A DNA stretch of 64,000 bases, taken from assembly GCA_013239625.1 (NCBI GenBank), contig MU053196.1:248001-312000 (forward strand), in the 5' to 3' direction. This DNA comes from Lama guanicoe. Lineage: Eukaryota. The notes beneath the pieces are model-generated. The model ran no database searches. It had not been told where the DNA came from and saw nothing but the letters and a program-made list of their open reading frames with translations. Position numbers and translations under genes: made by a program. Positions 26,086-39,813 of the stretch are shown here, in pieces. Within the stretch, counting starts at the first letter, position 1; each line of letters opens with the position of its first letter.

Positions 26086-29000
26086 TCCAGTCCCCATGGA
26101 CGTTGCAGTTTGTGACAATGTCCCAGAAAATTACAGTGAAGGGTCCTGGTCTAGTCAAAGCAGCACACTGAGCCCTTCTCTGCACCGCAGGGACGGGATC
26201 TTCAGGAAAAGGCACATCTCAGTGAGCCACTCCCACCTGCACCCCTGTCCTGTGGGACCCCTCCCGCCCACGTCGGGACAAGCCAGTGGGACACCTGACC
26301 TGGGTCAGGGCTCATGCTCCATCTTGGACTTCTGGTGACCAGACACATGGGGAGAAGCCCAGGCCGGTCTTCCAGAGACATGTGGGCCCATGACAGCCAG
26401 AGCCAACCTCAGGCCAGGAACAGACCGAAGCTCAAATTACCTGTCCTGGAGTCAGGGCCAGTGAGGAGGTGGCCCAGCAACAGGGGGCGAGGTGGCTCTG
26501 CCCAGTGGCAGACGGGGCTCAGTCCTTCCGTGATTTGCACACGGGTGCCTACTGGGCTACGCTTGAGGGCTCTTTGTATTTCCACCTCTTTGTTTCCACA
26601 AAATGCCACTCTATTACTTCTGTGGTACTGAGGATGAAATACTTAAAAGTTAAGTTTATTTCTGATCACAATAGAAAGGCTTCCCCTGCTTTTTAATATA
26701 AAAATGATTGTGACCTTTGAGTGGAAGTTCAGAGAATGAATTCAAGCCTCTATAAACTTATGGGTGAAGATAATCTCTTTCAGCGACTGCTGATGCTGTT
26801 GCCATGGACGGACAGGGTCCAGCCCACGTCTTCTCAACCCACTGGCGAGTGTCCTCCATCCATGCTAGCTGATAATTTCTCCACTTAGACCTGCACGTCT
26901 GTGAGCCAGTGACAAAAAGGCAGTCCTGAATTTCACTCCTACACCCTGGTCCTTTTGCTGTCTGCTTCCCAGGTATCTAAGGGGAACACCACTGTGACAG
27001 GATGTAGGCCAGATCTCTGCAGCCGCTTCCAGACATGTAATTAATGGTGATGGTGATGGTCAAAGCTGTCAAGACATTCTGGAGTCTCACCTGTCTGCTT
27101 CCTGGGAAGTTTGGAGACTGGAATGAGTCATTTTGGCGTCACTGCTGGCTAACGCTTAGGTGTTGGTGCAGTTGGTGGACGGCGTGTCGTCTGGGATGTA
27201 AACTGCTCACGCAGAGGCTCTCCGCAGATGGGGTTTTGAGTGACACAATCCACTGCATGTACTTTAGAGAATCTCCTTCCTGTCTCTCTCTCTGTTAAAG
27301 TAATAATGACTTTGGGCCCAGACTGAAGAAGATCCGTCTTCCCCTGTAGTGGAAAGAATGGTGCTTTACTGCAGCTGATATTTGCAGCGTGCCCTCCACA
27401 AAATGCAGCAGAGGTTCAGATCATGTCTTTCTTTATTCAAAGAACATTGAAAATTGCAAATGTTATAGACACTAAACCTTGAAATTGAAAAGAGCTAAAA
27501 TTTGGCAGGCACGTTGACCAAAACCAGGCAGAGCCGGAAGTTCTCTCTCCCCTTGCAGCACGTGAGCGTGTGTGCGGTCACAGGCTTTGCTGGTGCTTCT
27601 GATTTGTTCAGCAGGGCTCCTCATTCTTGTTCTGTTCCTCTTAGATGTGCATCTCGAAGACATTTGTTGTAAGACTTTCCTCGGGTCAGACAGATGGAAA
27701 ACTAAGTTTCCATTTCATTCATTTAAAAAGGACACTGAGTCATGTGCTCACTTGAAAAGTGTTTAAATGTGAGCTTGAGTTTGTTTTGTGGCTGGGGCCC
27801 ATCTGGGTGGAATGTGTGACCGACTGTGAAGCCGCCCCTTCCTCTAGGGTACAGCTGATTTGTTCGGTAGAGAAGGAAGAAAGTCCCACCCCACCCCTGC
27901 CACCCTGCGAGGACTATCCGACATGACGGACAAGGGTAGCTGAGGTTCTGCTGTATGAGGATGTCCTTGGGCTGAACATCCCAGCTGAAGTGAAATGGAA
28001 TGAAAAAGACTGCGTTTGGGGGAAGAAAGTGCCACAAAAGCACCAAGGATCTGTAGCAGCAGGACCTCTGGGGTCAGTTACTGGTGGAAAACAGGAAGGT
28101 TCAGGGGAGGCAGAGCAATACAGCCGACTGTCCCAGAGCTGTGAGGTCAGCCTTGTGGGGGACATGCCTGCGTCAAGACGAGCCCCTCGCGTACAATCTG
28201 CTAGCCAACAGCCACTGGGAGCAGCACAGATGAGGGTGCCAACAGAGGGCTTCTGGAAACAGCAAGCTGAGTTTGTGAAACAGGATGAAGACACAAAGGC
28301 CTCTCAATAAAATCATTAAGAGCACAGCATCTCCAGGAGAACTAGATATATTCAAAGTCCTGAATGATGTAGAGATACAAGGCGACCACAGAGTCAGAGA
28401 CCGCAGGACAGGCTGAGAGCCTCCAGGCACCAGGAAGAGGCAGTGGTGGGGGGATTCTTCCCCAGCACACACCCTGGGCTCAGACTCCAGCCTCCAGATG
28501 GCGAGACAGCACGCTTCTCCCACTCAAGCCTGTGAGTTTATGCCACATCATGGCAGCAGCCCTGGTGGTCTGACACACATCTGCCGTCTAAGGCAGCATC
28601 CCAGCATAGCATTTTGCTTCCCTATTTTAAAAAATTTATCTGGTTTATCATATCTGGAAAATCATGAGTTTTTTGTCTGCCTGTGTTTGTGTTTTGTTCC
28701 ATGAACCCTCTTTTCTGTTTTAACACTGTTCTTTTTCCTTGGATGCATGTTCCTTGAAAAATTAACTCGTCTGTATATTGTCCTTCGTCCCTTCCTGGCC
28801 ACATCCTCCGTCTTTCATTATCTTCCTTTTCTGGCTCACTTGGTTTTGTGGGCATCGGGGTCAGAGAGGAAGGATGGCAGTACATCTGAGGGAGGGAGCA
28901 GGGTCCCCGGGGCACACAGCTTCCATGAGGTAGGGATCAAAGCCACACTTGAAGATTTAGTGAAACTTCCTAAATTATCTTCTTTAGAAACACATTGTTC

Positions 29001-32000
29001 ATGTGACACTTACTAAATTCTTCTTTGTTCTGCAGCGATTTGCATGCGTATCCTCTTCTTCCTGAGGTCTGAAACCGCTGAGGGACTTTGTGAATCCTTC
29101 AGTGGGGATGCCTGCTTGGGATGGAGAGGGTGCTGGGAGGAACCAGAGGTCTGGGGCAGTCAGGTGGGGACAGAGCCCCCCGGTTCTGCCCAGGAAGTGT
29201 GGGTGTTTGGAGGTGACCACTGCCAATGGTGAGTCTAGAACTTTGTGAACTGTGCGCACGGTCATGGTTTTCCCACCTCAGGCCAGACCCCCAGGAGGCC
29301 CTGGCCTGGAAGGGGCTGCTGTGTGAGGGGGCAGTGCTGAGGTTTTCCTATTCTTGCATCTAAAACTGGGGGCTCCGGGCCAGGGTGGGGGCTGAGAGCA
29401 CAGGAGCAGATCCATCTCCTGGGAGCCTGCGGGGAGAGCAGGGTGCCCCAGTCCCGCCCTGGCCCGGGGACTCCCCGCGCCAACACCTGAGGTCTAACGA
29501 GGAGGAAAATGCCAGCTGCACAGCCTCTGGGAAGGGAAGACAGGGCACCAGGTCTGCAGCTGCCCCAGAGGGCCAGAGAGAGGCCGGAGAAGGGCCGGAG
29601 AGGGGCCTGCTTTGTGCTCTGGAGGCCGAGGCACTCGCGGTACAGACGGGCAAGTCTCCCGTGAGTCTGGTCTTTGGACAACATGGGACACGTTCTAGGC
29701 TTCACAGAGACGGTCTCCATTGGTGCCTCTGACTTGGGCCACGTGCCACAGGACTTGCCCCTGGAAGGCTGAGTCAAAGCTACGTGGCCCAGCACCGAGC
29801 TTCACACCAATCACATCGTAAAGCTTTACGTGAATCACTGGCATCATCTGAAACTCTGAGCCCGTGCAAAATCAACAAAGTCATTTTGAATAATTCTTCG
29901 GCTTATTAAAAATAAAAATAGAAAACCCCAAGGAATATTAACATACAAAATTATCCAAATATTAACACAAAATAAACCCAAAACCCTCAATCACTTAAGC
30001 CCAATTTTCCCACCTGAGACTTTGCAGGTTCCTAATTTTCCATGATCTGTCTGCACAGACCAGCTTCATGGTGGGTGACTCAAGTGTCTGCCCTATGGAC
30101 CTGCAGGCAGGGACATGGTGCTGCCCGAGCCCTATACAGGCTGGGTGTGCCATTCCTTGGCTGCTGGGAGTATTGGTGCTAATGGATCACTGCCTCTCAC
30201 TTCCCTGGAGGGACAAATTGGTGGTGGAGGCGCAGTGGTACCAAGGTGGCCATCGGTTCTGTGTGCCCCTGCCAGAGAGCCAAGCACCCACCGACCTACG
30301 GACCAGGCTGCTGAGGCCCGCCCTTTCTCTCCTGCCCCGATGTGCTCACCCCTGACAGGTTCTACCTTTTACGAGCACATCCTCAGTAAAGCACATGCCG
30401 CTGGACCCTCGTCTCAGCTCTGCTACCTGGGAACCCGCCTGATCACCTCATCCATTTACACGCCTGGGATCACAGCCAGGACCTGAAGCACCAGCCCCGA
30501 CTGCGTCAGCCCGGCTCTGGCTGCTCTGTGGTCGCCCAGGCTCTCCTGGCCCGCCCAGTCTCATCCTCAAAGCAGCGAGCTTCTCCTCTGATTTGGGGAA
30601 AGGTGCTGGCTGGGAATCCAAGGCCCGGGGCCGTCGGGACGCTCAGACTAGCGTGTGGTCCATGGGCACACGTGGGGGACAGCGTCAGCCTCTCCATCTT
30701 TATTTTTATGTACGTACACTCAGTGTCTGTGAGCTCCCATGGACTGACAGCACTGCTTCTAATTACCTTCCCAGGAACAAGGTTCTGTGTTTCACACAAA
30801 TGAATTTTATGGGCTTCGCGGTGGGGCTCCTCCTGGCAGCTGAGGCCCTTTAGGAATGTGCCTGACTCTCTCTCTCTCTTTCTATTTTGAAGGCATGAGG
30901 TCAATTTTATGACTTTCTTTTATGATGCTGTTCCACTGTGTGGATTTTTGATGGCAAAACTTCAGTCCACAACTACTCACTCCCTTTTCTTCTACTTCAA
31001 ATGCTTATGCTTTAAACATCCATTAAAGTCTTGTATCTTAGAACTCTTTGAACAATCTTTGGGAAAAAAAGCCTCTGTGTCATTTGTCTCAGCCATTAAT
31101 TGATACAAGTTCTGGGAGTGACAATTAACTTTAACATTAGCTTAATTAAGCTAGACAGTAGTCAATCATAATTGCAAAGGAAATGTGCTATAAAAATATG
31201 ATGCAATTTAAGATGAAACAGTATTAATTTTTGGATAGTGCGTTTTGTGCTATCCATATCACTGTTAGCACATGTGATTAAAAATTCACTAGAATGATCA
31301 AAAGTAATTACATTATTGATGGTTGCAAATTGATCTATAATAATACGGACAAAGAGACACTCAGGCTATTATTTGTCCAGGATAAATTTCATACACTTAC
31401 TTTTTCATCAAGATGTCTCTGACTCACTGTTAAGTTCTCAGCACTTCTGTAGGGTTGCTTCCTGCTTCTTCTCTTTTGTGGGTACACTTGCTCTTGGGTG
31501 AATAGGTTGGACAGCTCTTATTTCCAGAGGAAGGTAATGACCATGCACATGAATGCAAATGCGCATGTGGTTCACCAAATTCAGCCACATTTGCATTATT
31601 TAATTAACTCTATAGTGATGTGGGGGAAAAGTCACAGAAGTGTTAATGATCTCTTGCATGCATAGACTGGCTTCATTCAAGGGTTTAAGCTGCTTTCTTA
31701 ATACTAATTAATTAAACCCAAACTTCTCATGTCAGATTGTTCACTTCTGTTGTTTCTCTATTGCTCCACCCAAGCTGGATTTCCAGTAATATAGTAAGAC
31801 CAACATGAAACATAACCAAAAACATAAGTTGTCAGCCATGGTGCTGCAGGGAAGTGTCAGCTTACAAAGGTCCTGTCATAGCAGGGCCGTGGGGTCACGA
31901 TGTCAGCACGTGGAGGACCCGACAGCTGTATTTTACAACCAGCTCTTCCTAGCCACTTTGGAAAAGGTAGGAATCTCGCAGAGTTGGGGTTCATCGGAGA

Positions 32001-35000
32001 GAGCACAGCATGAACAAATTCTACAGAATCTGGTAAGGAGGGAGATGATCAACTCGTATCAGCAACGAGACTCGGGGCGTGCAGGTGCGGCCTGAGAGGG
32101 CTTCTGCAGGGCGCAGTTCCCCCGCGGCCCCTGCTTCCTTCCCGGGAGCTTCCTCATTAATGAGCCAGCCCGCCTACTGTGACGACACCATCAGCACAAC
32201 TGATTTAGAACCTTTCTTTACCGCTTTCTTCTACCCCAACCAGATTTTCTGACATCTGGAGCCCAGTCACATGTGTGTCATCAGGTTTTCATTCAGAATT
32301 GACTTGGGATTTGGTGAAACAGAAAAAATAGAGGTATGGTGTTGCAGGTAGGCAAATAGTGGTGACAAATTACCCACAGCAGACAGTCAAGCACAAGGGA
32401 GACAGAGATGCTCAGGTGCTGGCTGGTGCAAAGATTAATTAATTCATTATCTTCAGGCAGCTGCCCCTCCATGGAACTCAAGACACTGCCCACAGGACTC
32501 ATCTGGGTGAAACTGTGGAGGAGCAGAGCCAGCTCTGTGTCCTGTGTGGGCGTCCCTCCAGGCCACCGGCCTCTGGCTGGCCACCTTCGTGCAGGCCGGG
32601 GGCTGGCTGGGAGCCTTTCTCTCTGGGAGCCAGGACGGGAGCTGGGCTGCACTTTCAAAGACAATACGCTGTTTCTGTGTCAGTCAGCACAGTGGGAGAG
32701 CCACAGGTAAACGAGCTGCCCAGTGAGAGGCACATGTGAACTACAGCCCCAGGAAGAACAGGAGGGAAAAGAAGGGTGTCATTCCAGAGGTTGAGGGGGG
32801 TCTCCCTAACCAGGAGACTCAGAAGGAAGGCTTCATGGAAGAAAGGGCATTTGAACCCGGACTTGAACGGTTGATCCAACTCGTGCCCGCGAGTCGGGAG
32901 GGGTACACGTCACCAAAGAGACATAGGAAGGGGGAGGCTCCCCACAGACAAGTGAGCATTCCCACCCTTATGACCCGGAGCTGCGGGATAGCAAGTGGGG
33001 AAGGAAGCTTTGCGCCTGTGAAGCCTTTGATGTCAAGTCAAGGAGCTCATTGGTTTGTTGGCTGAGAATCACTGCAGGTTGCAGAGCAAGGGGGCTGTAA
33101 CCCTGCCCGAGTGGCTGGCAGCCACGGTGGGAAAGACTAGAAGGAAAGGAACAGGGTGGGGGGGCTCAGAGGCCTGAGTCAGTGGGACTTCAGGGAAGGA
33201 GGGAGGTGTGAGGGAAATGCTGGAGGTGGATGTTGCTGAAGCTGTACCACAAGCATGACTCAAAGCAGGGAAGCCAGGAGAAAGGGCGTCTACTCCAGAG
33301 CAACAACCACAGTGGGGACCGGCAGGCAAGCGGAGTTTGATTTTGGACATGATGTGCTTCGAGGACTTGGCAGGATTTTCAGATAAAGCTGTCTTTCAGG
33401 CCACTGGTAACACCAGGAGCTCTCTCCCTGTGTGCTTAGTCCTTATACAGGACTGAAATGAAGACACCCCAGCTCAGAATGTGAGTAACTATCGAGGTAT
33501 CTAATGCAAAATGATGGTCTTCTTTGGAACCAGCCTCAGTTACAGCATCAGACACCACGGTTAAGTCCCACCTATGAGCTAAAAGGGAATTTGTGCTTTT
33601 ACTCTTGCACCATCTAGCCCTAGACTGACTTGATAAACTTGTTGTGTGGGAAGGGCAGTAATAAAATGAGCCTGGAGCTTTTTTTATTGTGTTCTGAATT
33701 CCTATGTCCAATAAATGAAGAACAGACTGTGAGTAAAGATAAGAATGGCCTCTAAGTATTAAACTTGCAGTATTGTTCCATGAGTAAAGGACTCAGTAGT
33801 TAAGAACTTTGGATAGGTATACAGTTAAGCAATTTTAACTAAGAGTCTGTATTGCTGGAGTTCTCAGAATCTTATTAATCTATCAGAGGGGGAGTATAAA
33901 GATTCAGTTATTTTACTATATTTAACCATAAAGTGAAAACCATTAAGTATAGTTCTGAAATTTTCAGTGCCAAAAAATTTCATAAAACTGAGTAAAGCAC
34001 ACATACACACACATACACACAGTAGAGTCACAAAAAGGCAAGATAAGAGATTTAGAAGTCAGAGCCAGATGATCTAACATAAGAATAACAATACTGACAA
34101 AAGGAAAAGGTACATTAACAAAAACATGAAGTAATTTTAAAAAATAATGAGTAGAAAATATTTAAGTTTTCAGATTAAATTAACTTTTGAGAAAAAGATA
34201 CTGGACTCCTAGCAAGGATAAGTGAAAAAAGATACATAGTTAGGAATATCCTAGTAAATTTCCTGAAATCAAAGATAAATTGAAAAATTTTACAAATTTG
34301 CAGATAGAAAGAATAAGAATCACATTAACATGGAACTTCTCAATGGCAACATATTTAACTAGGAAAGAGCAAAACAACACCTACAGACTACTGGAACTAA
34401 AGGAGTATGATCTAAAAGTATTCATCCAGTTAGAAATACCATCTTGACATTCAAGGGTACTTAGATACCATCCTATCTGAGAAAAACCAGCAATAAAATG
34501 TTATATACACAGAAATCTGAATCAGAATTGAGATCTCAAAGCATAAGAACATGAGGATAAAAAAAGCTATGGTGAGTAACGACTCTCGATGGTTTGATAT
34601 GTACATACATGCACACACACACACACACACACAAACATATATAGATAAGAATTTATAAGATAAGTTAAATAGAAATATATGAAACAGAACTGCTCTAAAA
34701 GAAAATAACAATACTTGAAATTTAAAATTATGAACAATATTCACAAAGCACAAGAATGTGCCTGTAGGGGAAAGGAGGAAGGAGAGTTACAAGGTGGGAT
34801 GAATGGAGTAAAAACACTTTAAGGCTTTCATGTGAGATGCAAAAAGTCATGAAAAGTAAATGATTTCAAATCTTGAAAGGTAAAATTATAAACTCCTTTA
34901 TGTACAAAACTTTTATGATACTAAATAGAAAGAATACTTTTCTGCTGAGTTCAATAAAATAGACCATAACACTTTTGTTTCTTTAACCTCAAATTCAAAA

Positions 35001-36294
35001 CAAGTAACCACTAAGAAACACTTCTTCCACAAGGGAAAAATACTATTTTAGCATTCCCAAAAATGACTGGATAAAAAAGATGTGGTCTATATATACAATG
35101 GAGTGATATTCAGCCATAAAAAGGAATAAAATAATGTCACTTGCAGCAACATACATGGGCCTATAGATCATCATATTGAGTGAAGTAAGTCAGATAGAGA
35201 AAGATAGATATATGCGTGTTGTTTTAAGATACTGAGTTTTGAGGTGCTTTCTTGTACGACAAAGACTAACTGCAACAAGATCCAACCGTAAAGCATTCGG
35301 TTATCTTTGTTGGAGGAAGTAGGAAAAAAAAAAACCAGCTGTTGCTTCCCTCTTTAATGTAGGGCATGGAATGGCGTCTGGATGAACAGGGAGCGTTGCT
35401 TCATGGAAACCCCATGAAGTGGAGATCCTACAATTGTCTGTGACCTTCTGGCCCCTGGCTCTCTCTCCCATGAGAGGACAAGTAGGCCCTCCAAGCCAAG
35501 TCCCTGGGGGCTAAGCTACAGGGGGCTCCAAGCTGCTGCCAGGCCTCGGGCTGGTCTGAACATCGAGTGGAAATAGGCTAACAGTGGGCTTGGGCACGTT
35601 CCTTGTAGAGCAGTCTGGACATTTTTGGGCAGGCTGTTATGGTCATGAACTTGACTGTCCAAACAGTGCTGAGAGAACCACAGGTTGACAGCCGAGTGAC
35701 CCTCTGCCCAGGCTCCCAGCCACAGTGGGCACTTCCGTCCGTTGACTGAGGAAACAGCAGGGCCCCTGGCTCTTGGTGCATGTGGACCTCAAGCAGAAGG
35801 AAAGCCAGCCTGGGGTCGGAAGGCCTTCTGAGTTGAGGTCTGCTGACCATAGCTCTCAAGATGCTGGCCTGGGCCTGAGCTTTATTCAGGGCACATGTGA
35901 AGCCGGGCAGAGATCCTCCCAATGCCTCATCCGTGGGACCATCCTCGGCACTTTGTAAATGTCACTCAATGTCCAGGAAATATTTGCAAATGATGATGAG
36001 AGTTACTGTCTTTGGATAACTCTCACACTGAGGCCTGGAACGTGCACGGGGAGTATAAACATTCTCACGGAGCAGTTTTCCCACCACGCACTTGAATTGT
36101 ACACGGCCCCTCTCCTACTCCACTCTGCGTCATACTTTGTGTCTTTACCATGGAAATGGGAAAAAGCAGGCGTGCCGCCAGGGTCTGCTCCTGCTCACTG
36201 CTGCTTCTGAGAAACACTCGGAGGCTCGGATGGGCAATCTGGCTGGTACATTAATGATTTTTACCATTTTTGAATAAAGAAGGCATCAGACATG

Positions 36295-36420
36295 CACTTG
36301 TAATCCCATTCGATCTCGCCAACAACCCTTCAAGGCAAATGGCATTATCCTATGTTAAAGATTAAGACACAGGGCTCAGGGAGGACAAACCCCTGCCAAG
36401 GTCAAAAGGCAGAGATGGAG
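36295..36420 (-). mobile_element. MIR SINE fragment
   Basis: caacaaccctt ... cattatcctatgttaaagattaagacacagggctcagggagg ... gccaaggtca resembles the MIR core. Confidence 0.6.
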
Positions 36421-36644
36421 GAGCAGTGGTCTGGGCGTGACACAGAGAAGAGGGTGGGTCTCATGAACACCCAAAATGCTGTATCAGAAGGGAGTGATGG
36501 GTGACGTTCGGGGTGGCCGTGGACCATCTGCCATGGGGCAGGCTGTGCCAGCACGGTCCCTCACGTGACTGCCAGCACCACGGCAAGAAAGCATCCTAAC
36601 ACAGCTCCACAGTGTCCTCGCCCCTTGTTGCACATTTCTGTGGT

Positions 36645-37835
36645 GAGGGCAGGCCCAGGAGAGGGCAGACCCAGGTGTCTGCAGGCCCAGGATAGAGCAG
36701 ACCTAGGAGAGGGCAGGCCCAGATGAGGTCAGGAACAGGACAGGGCTGGCCCTGGAAAGCGCAGGCCCACGTGACTTCAGGTCCAGGAGAAGGCAGGCTC
36801 AGGATATGGCAGGCACGTAAGAGGGCAGGCCCAGCTGAGTGCAGGCCCAGGGCAGGTCAGGCACGGGGAGGAAATGCCCAGGAGTGGGCTGGCCCTGGTG
36901 AGGACAGGACCGTGTGAGGGGTGGCCCAAGACAAGGCTGGCCCAGGAGAGCAAAGGCCCACATGAGGTCAGGTCCAGGTGAAGGCAGGCTCAGCAGAGGG
37001 CAGTCCCAGTAGAGGGCAGTATCTGAGAGGGCAGGCCCAGGAGAGGGCAGGCCCATGTGAGGACAGAAGGAGTTGAGAGCAACACAAGGTGAAGGCTGGC
37101 CCAGAAGAGTGCAGGAGCAGGTGAAGGCAGGCCCAGGAGAGGGCAGGCCCAGGAGAGGGCAGGCCCAGCTGAGTTCAGGCACAGTTGATGGCAAGCCCAG
37201 GCGAGATCAGGCGCAGGTGATGGTAGGCCCAGCTGAGGGCAGGCCCAGGAAAGTGCAGGCCCAGGTGATTGCAGGGCCAGGGTAGGAGTGGCCCAAGAGA
37301 GCGCATGCACACACGAGGTCATGACCAGGTGAAGGAAGGCTCAGGAGAGGGTGGTCCCAGCTGAGTGCAGGCCCAGGGGAGGTCAGGCACAGAGGAGGGA
37401 ATGCCCAGGATAGGGCTGGCCCTGGAGAGGTCAGGACCAGGTGGCAGGAGGCCCAGGAGAGGGCAGGCCCAGGTGAGGTCAGGTACAGTTGAGAACATGC
37501 CCAGGTGCGAGCAGGCCCAGTTGAGGAAAGGCCCAGGTGATAGCAGGCCTAGGAGAGGGCAGGACCAGGTGAGTTCAGGCACAGGTGAGAAAAGATTCAG
37601 GTAAGGGCAGGCCCTGGTGAGGAAAGGGCCAAGTGAAGGCAGGGCCAGGAGAGGACAAGCCCAGGTGAGCGTATGTTAGGAGTCTGCCCTCAGCTTGGCC
37701 TGTCCTCTTCTGGGTTTGCCCTCTCCTGGTCCTGCCCTCACTTGGTCCTGCCGTCTCCTAGGCCTAACTTCTCCTGGTCCTGCCCTCTCATATTCCTGTC
37801 CTCACCATGGCCTGCCTTCTCCTGGGCCTTCCTGC
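36645..37835. repeat. Degenerate 16-bp GC-rich satellite with an orientation switch near 37675
   Basis: Unit gagggcaggcccagga (clean copies at 37131-37168) on + from 36645 to ~37670; reverse-complement units (ctgccctc...cctggtcc) from ~37683 to 37835. Confidence 0.9.
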
Positions 37836-39813
37836 TCCTCCGTTTGCTAACCTTCACCAAGGAGGTGCAGACAGAATCCAAGAGATGGGGACGCACACCT
37901 CCAGGGCTCTGTGCTGGCCTGGACACACCGTGTGTCCTGCCTGGTGGACCCTCTGCTTTGCGTTGTCCCATTAGACTGGTCCTACAAGACATGATACCAA
38001 AGCAAGTGCCGTGAGTCACATAAACACAGAAAAACCAGGGAAACATGCTGTCTCTGCACCCCTTGTGGGACCCAGGGCACACCGAGCGTCCTGGAAGCTC
38101 AGATAAGACCTTCAGGGGAGGCACCTGTTGGGCTCAGAATTTTTCAAACATAGTTTAGCAGAGGGGCACCAGCGCCCGGCGGGGATGTGCCCTAACTCAG
38201 CATGATTCAAAACAGCACAGTTCTCAGTAACCCTGCGGCGCTGCAGAGCTGGGAATGCCGGGGCTTCTGTGGGAGTCAGGAGAAAGGTCCCTGGACTCTG
38301 GGGGAGCATCTGATGCCCCAGAGCATGTAATTTGCACCAGGGAACAGAGACGAGATGGAAGGTCTTTCAGCACCCAAGGGAGACAGCTGAGCAGAGTGAG
38401 AACCTCCCGGCGTCCTGTGTGTCCCTCGTCCTAGCACTGGTCCACCGTGTGCTGACATCAGTCCAGCATCCAGCGTGGTCCTTAGCACTTAAAGTGGCAC
38501 CATTGCTGCCCGACGAGTGAATAGATGCATGGGTGAGTGATGCCAAGGCAGGAGGGTGTCTGTCCCCGTGTGGGGGTCAGGGAGGCTCAGCGGCGGCTGT
38601 TCTACCACATCTGGGTGGAGACGTGGAGGCGGAAGGGAGAGGCTGGGAGGAGGCCAGAGAGGCGAGGCTATGAGAGGGAGAGCTTGCACGTGAAGGCTCT
38701 TTCCAAATAGCACAACCACAAAACCCGCAAAACCACAGCCCAAGCATGAAGACAGAGGGAGAGCGGGAGGCAGGAACGGGTGGGGTGCAGCTGAGAGCCG
38801 AAGAAGGAGGAGGAGCCGGCATGAGCCCCAGACTTCAGGACCCTGGGGTGCACCTGGGAAGGACAGAGCACGGGGCATCTTCTCTGCAATGATGAGGATT
38901 TCAAATTCGAGCCAAATCCAAATATGGGCTTAAACTTAGGAAAAAAGAAATCTAAATACACAAGGAGAAGCTGGATAAAAGGCATTCTCTGAATGCTGGT
39001 TCAATGAGCATCTATTAAGTGAGCCCTGACCCTGGGGGCAGCCTGTGCAGCAGAACAAGAGGACTCTCCCCGGACTCTCCCTTTGCTCAGTCAGTCAAGC
39101 AAGCAGGGATCTCCTCTTCCCTGTGTGACAGGCAGGGAGCTCCTGGTCCAAGCGAGGACATGGCCATGGGTGAATGAACTATGGAGTACGTTCAAGTTTC
39201 CTAATAGAGGCTGGTCATGGCTCACGGGTAACAGAAGAGGGAAGAATAACTCTGCCTGGAGAAATCAGGGTGGGCTTCTTGGTGGAGGAGACATCTGAGG
39301 AGGATCCCACAGTTAGGCATCACACATTGTGAGCTGAACAAGGCTATCAGGGAGGACACTTCCCTCTTCCCGTTCTTGCCTCATCTGACACCCACACCCC
39401 TGCGCCTGCCATTTGCTGCCCATCCATCTAATTTCCCATGAGCCCAAAAGGAGAGACAGTAGCAATTAATATTTTTATGCAAATGTTCTGTGCCTCAGGG
39501 CACACCCTGGCTGTGATTTATGAACAATGATTAAAAAGAACTCATTTAATGTAATCCAACATGAACAAATACAAGAAGACAAGATTAAATTAAATTTCTT
39601 CCCCTTGGAAAAAGGCTTTTGAAGGTCATCGCCCTCTCAGAGGCGCGAGTGTTTTCCTTCATTGGTGTTCAAGGTTTCGGCCCCAAAATGACGTTCTAAA
39701 AATAAAGAGCTGAATTTAATATGTTGTCCTGCAATTAAGTCTGCACTTTTTGTTTATCCTCAGCCACCCTTCAGCTGCTCTGAGATCCTTCTCTACCCTC
39801 AGCTTCAAAGGCG

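Noticed and set aside
29615..29645. EAEAL peptide resembling TTC32 exon 1
   Set aside because: Only five residues, on the opposite strand from expectation, with no flanking similarity or further exons.
36645..37835. Immunoglobulin switch region, or coding ORFs (GLPSPGPALSWACP repeats)
   Set aside because: No Ig constant exons nearby and no dense GAGCT/GGGGT pentamers; the ORFs are by-products of the periodic repeat.
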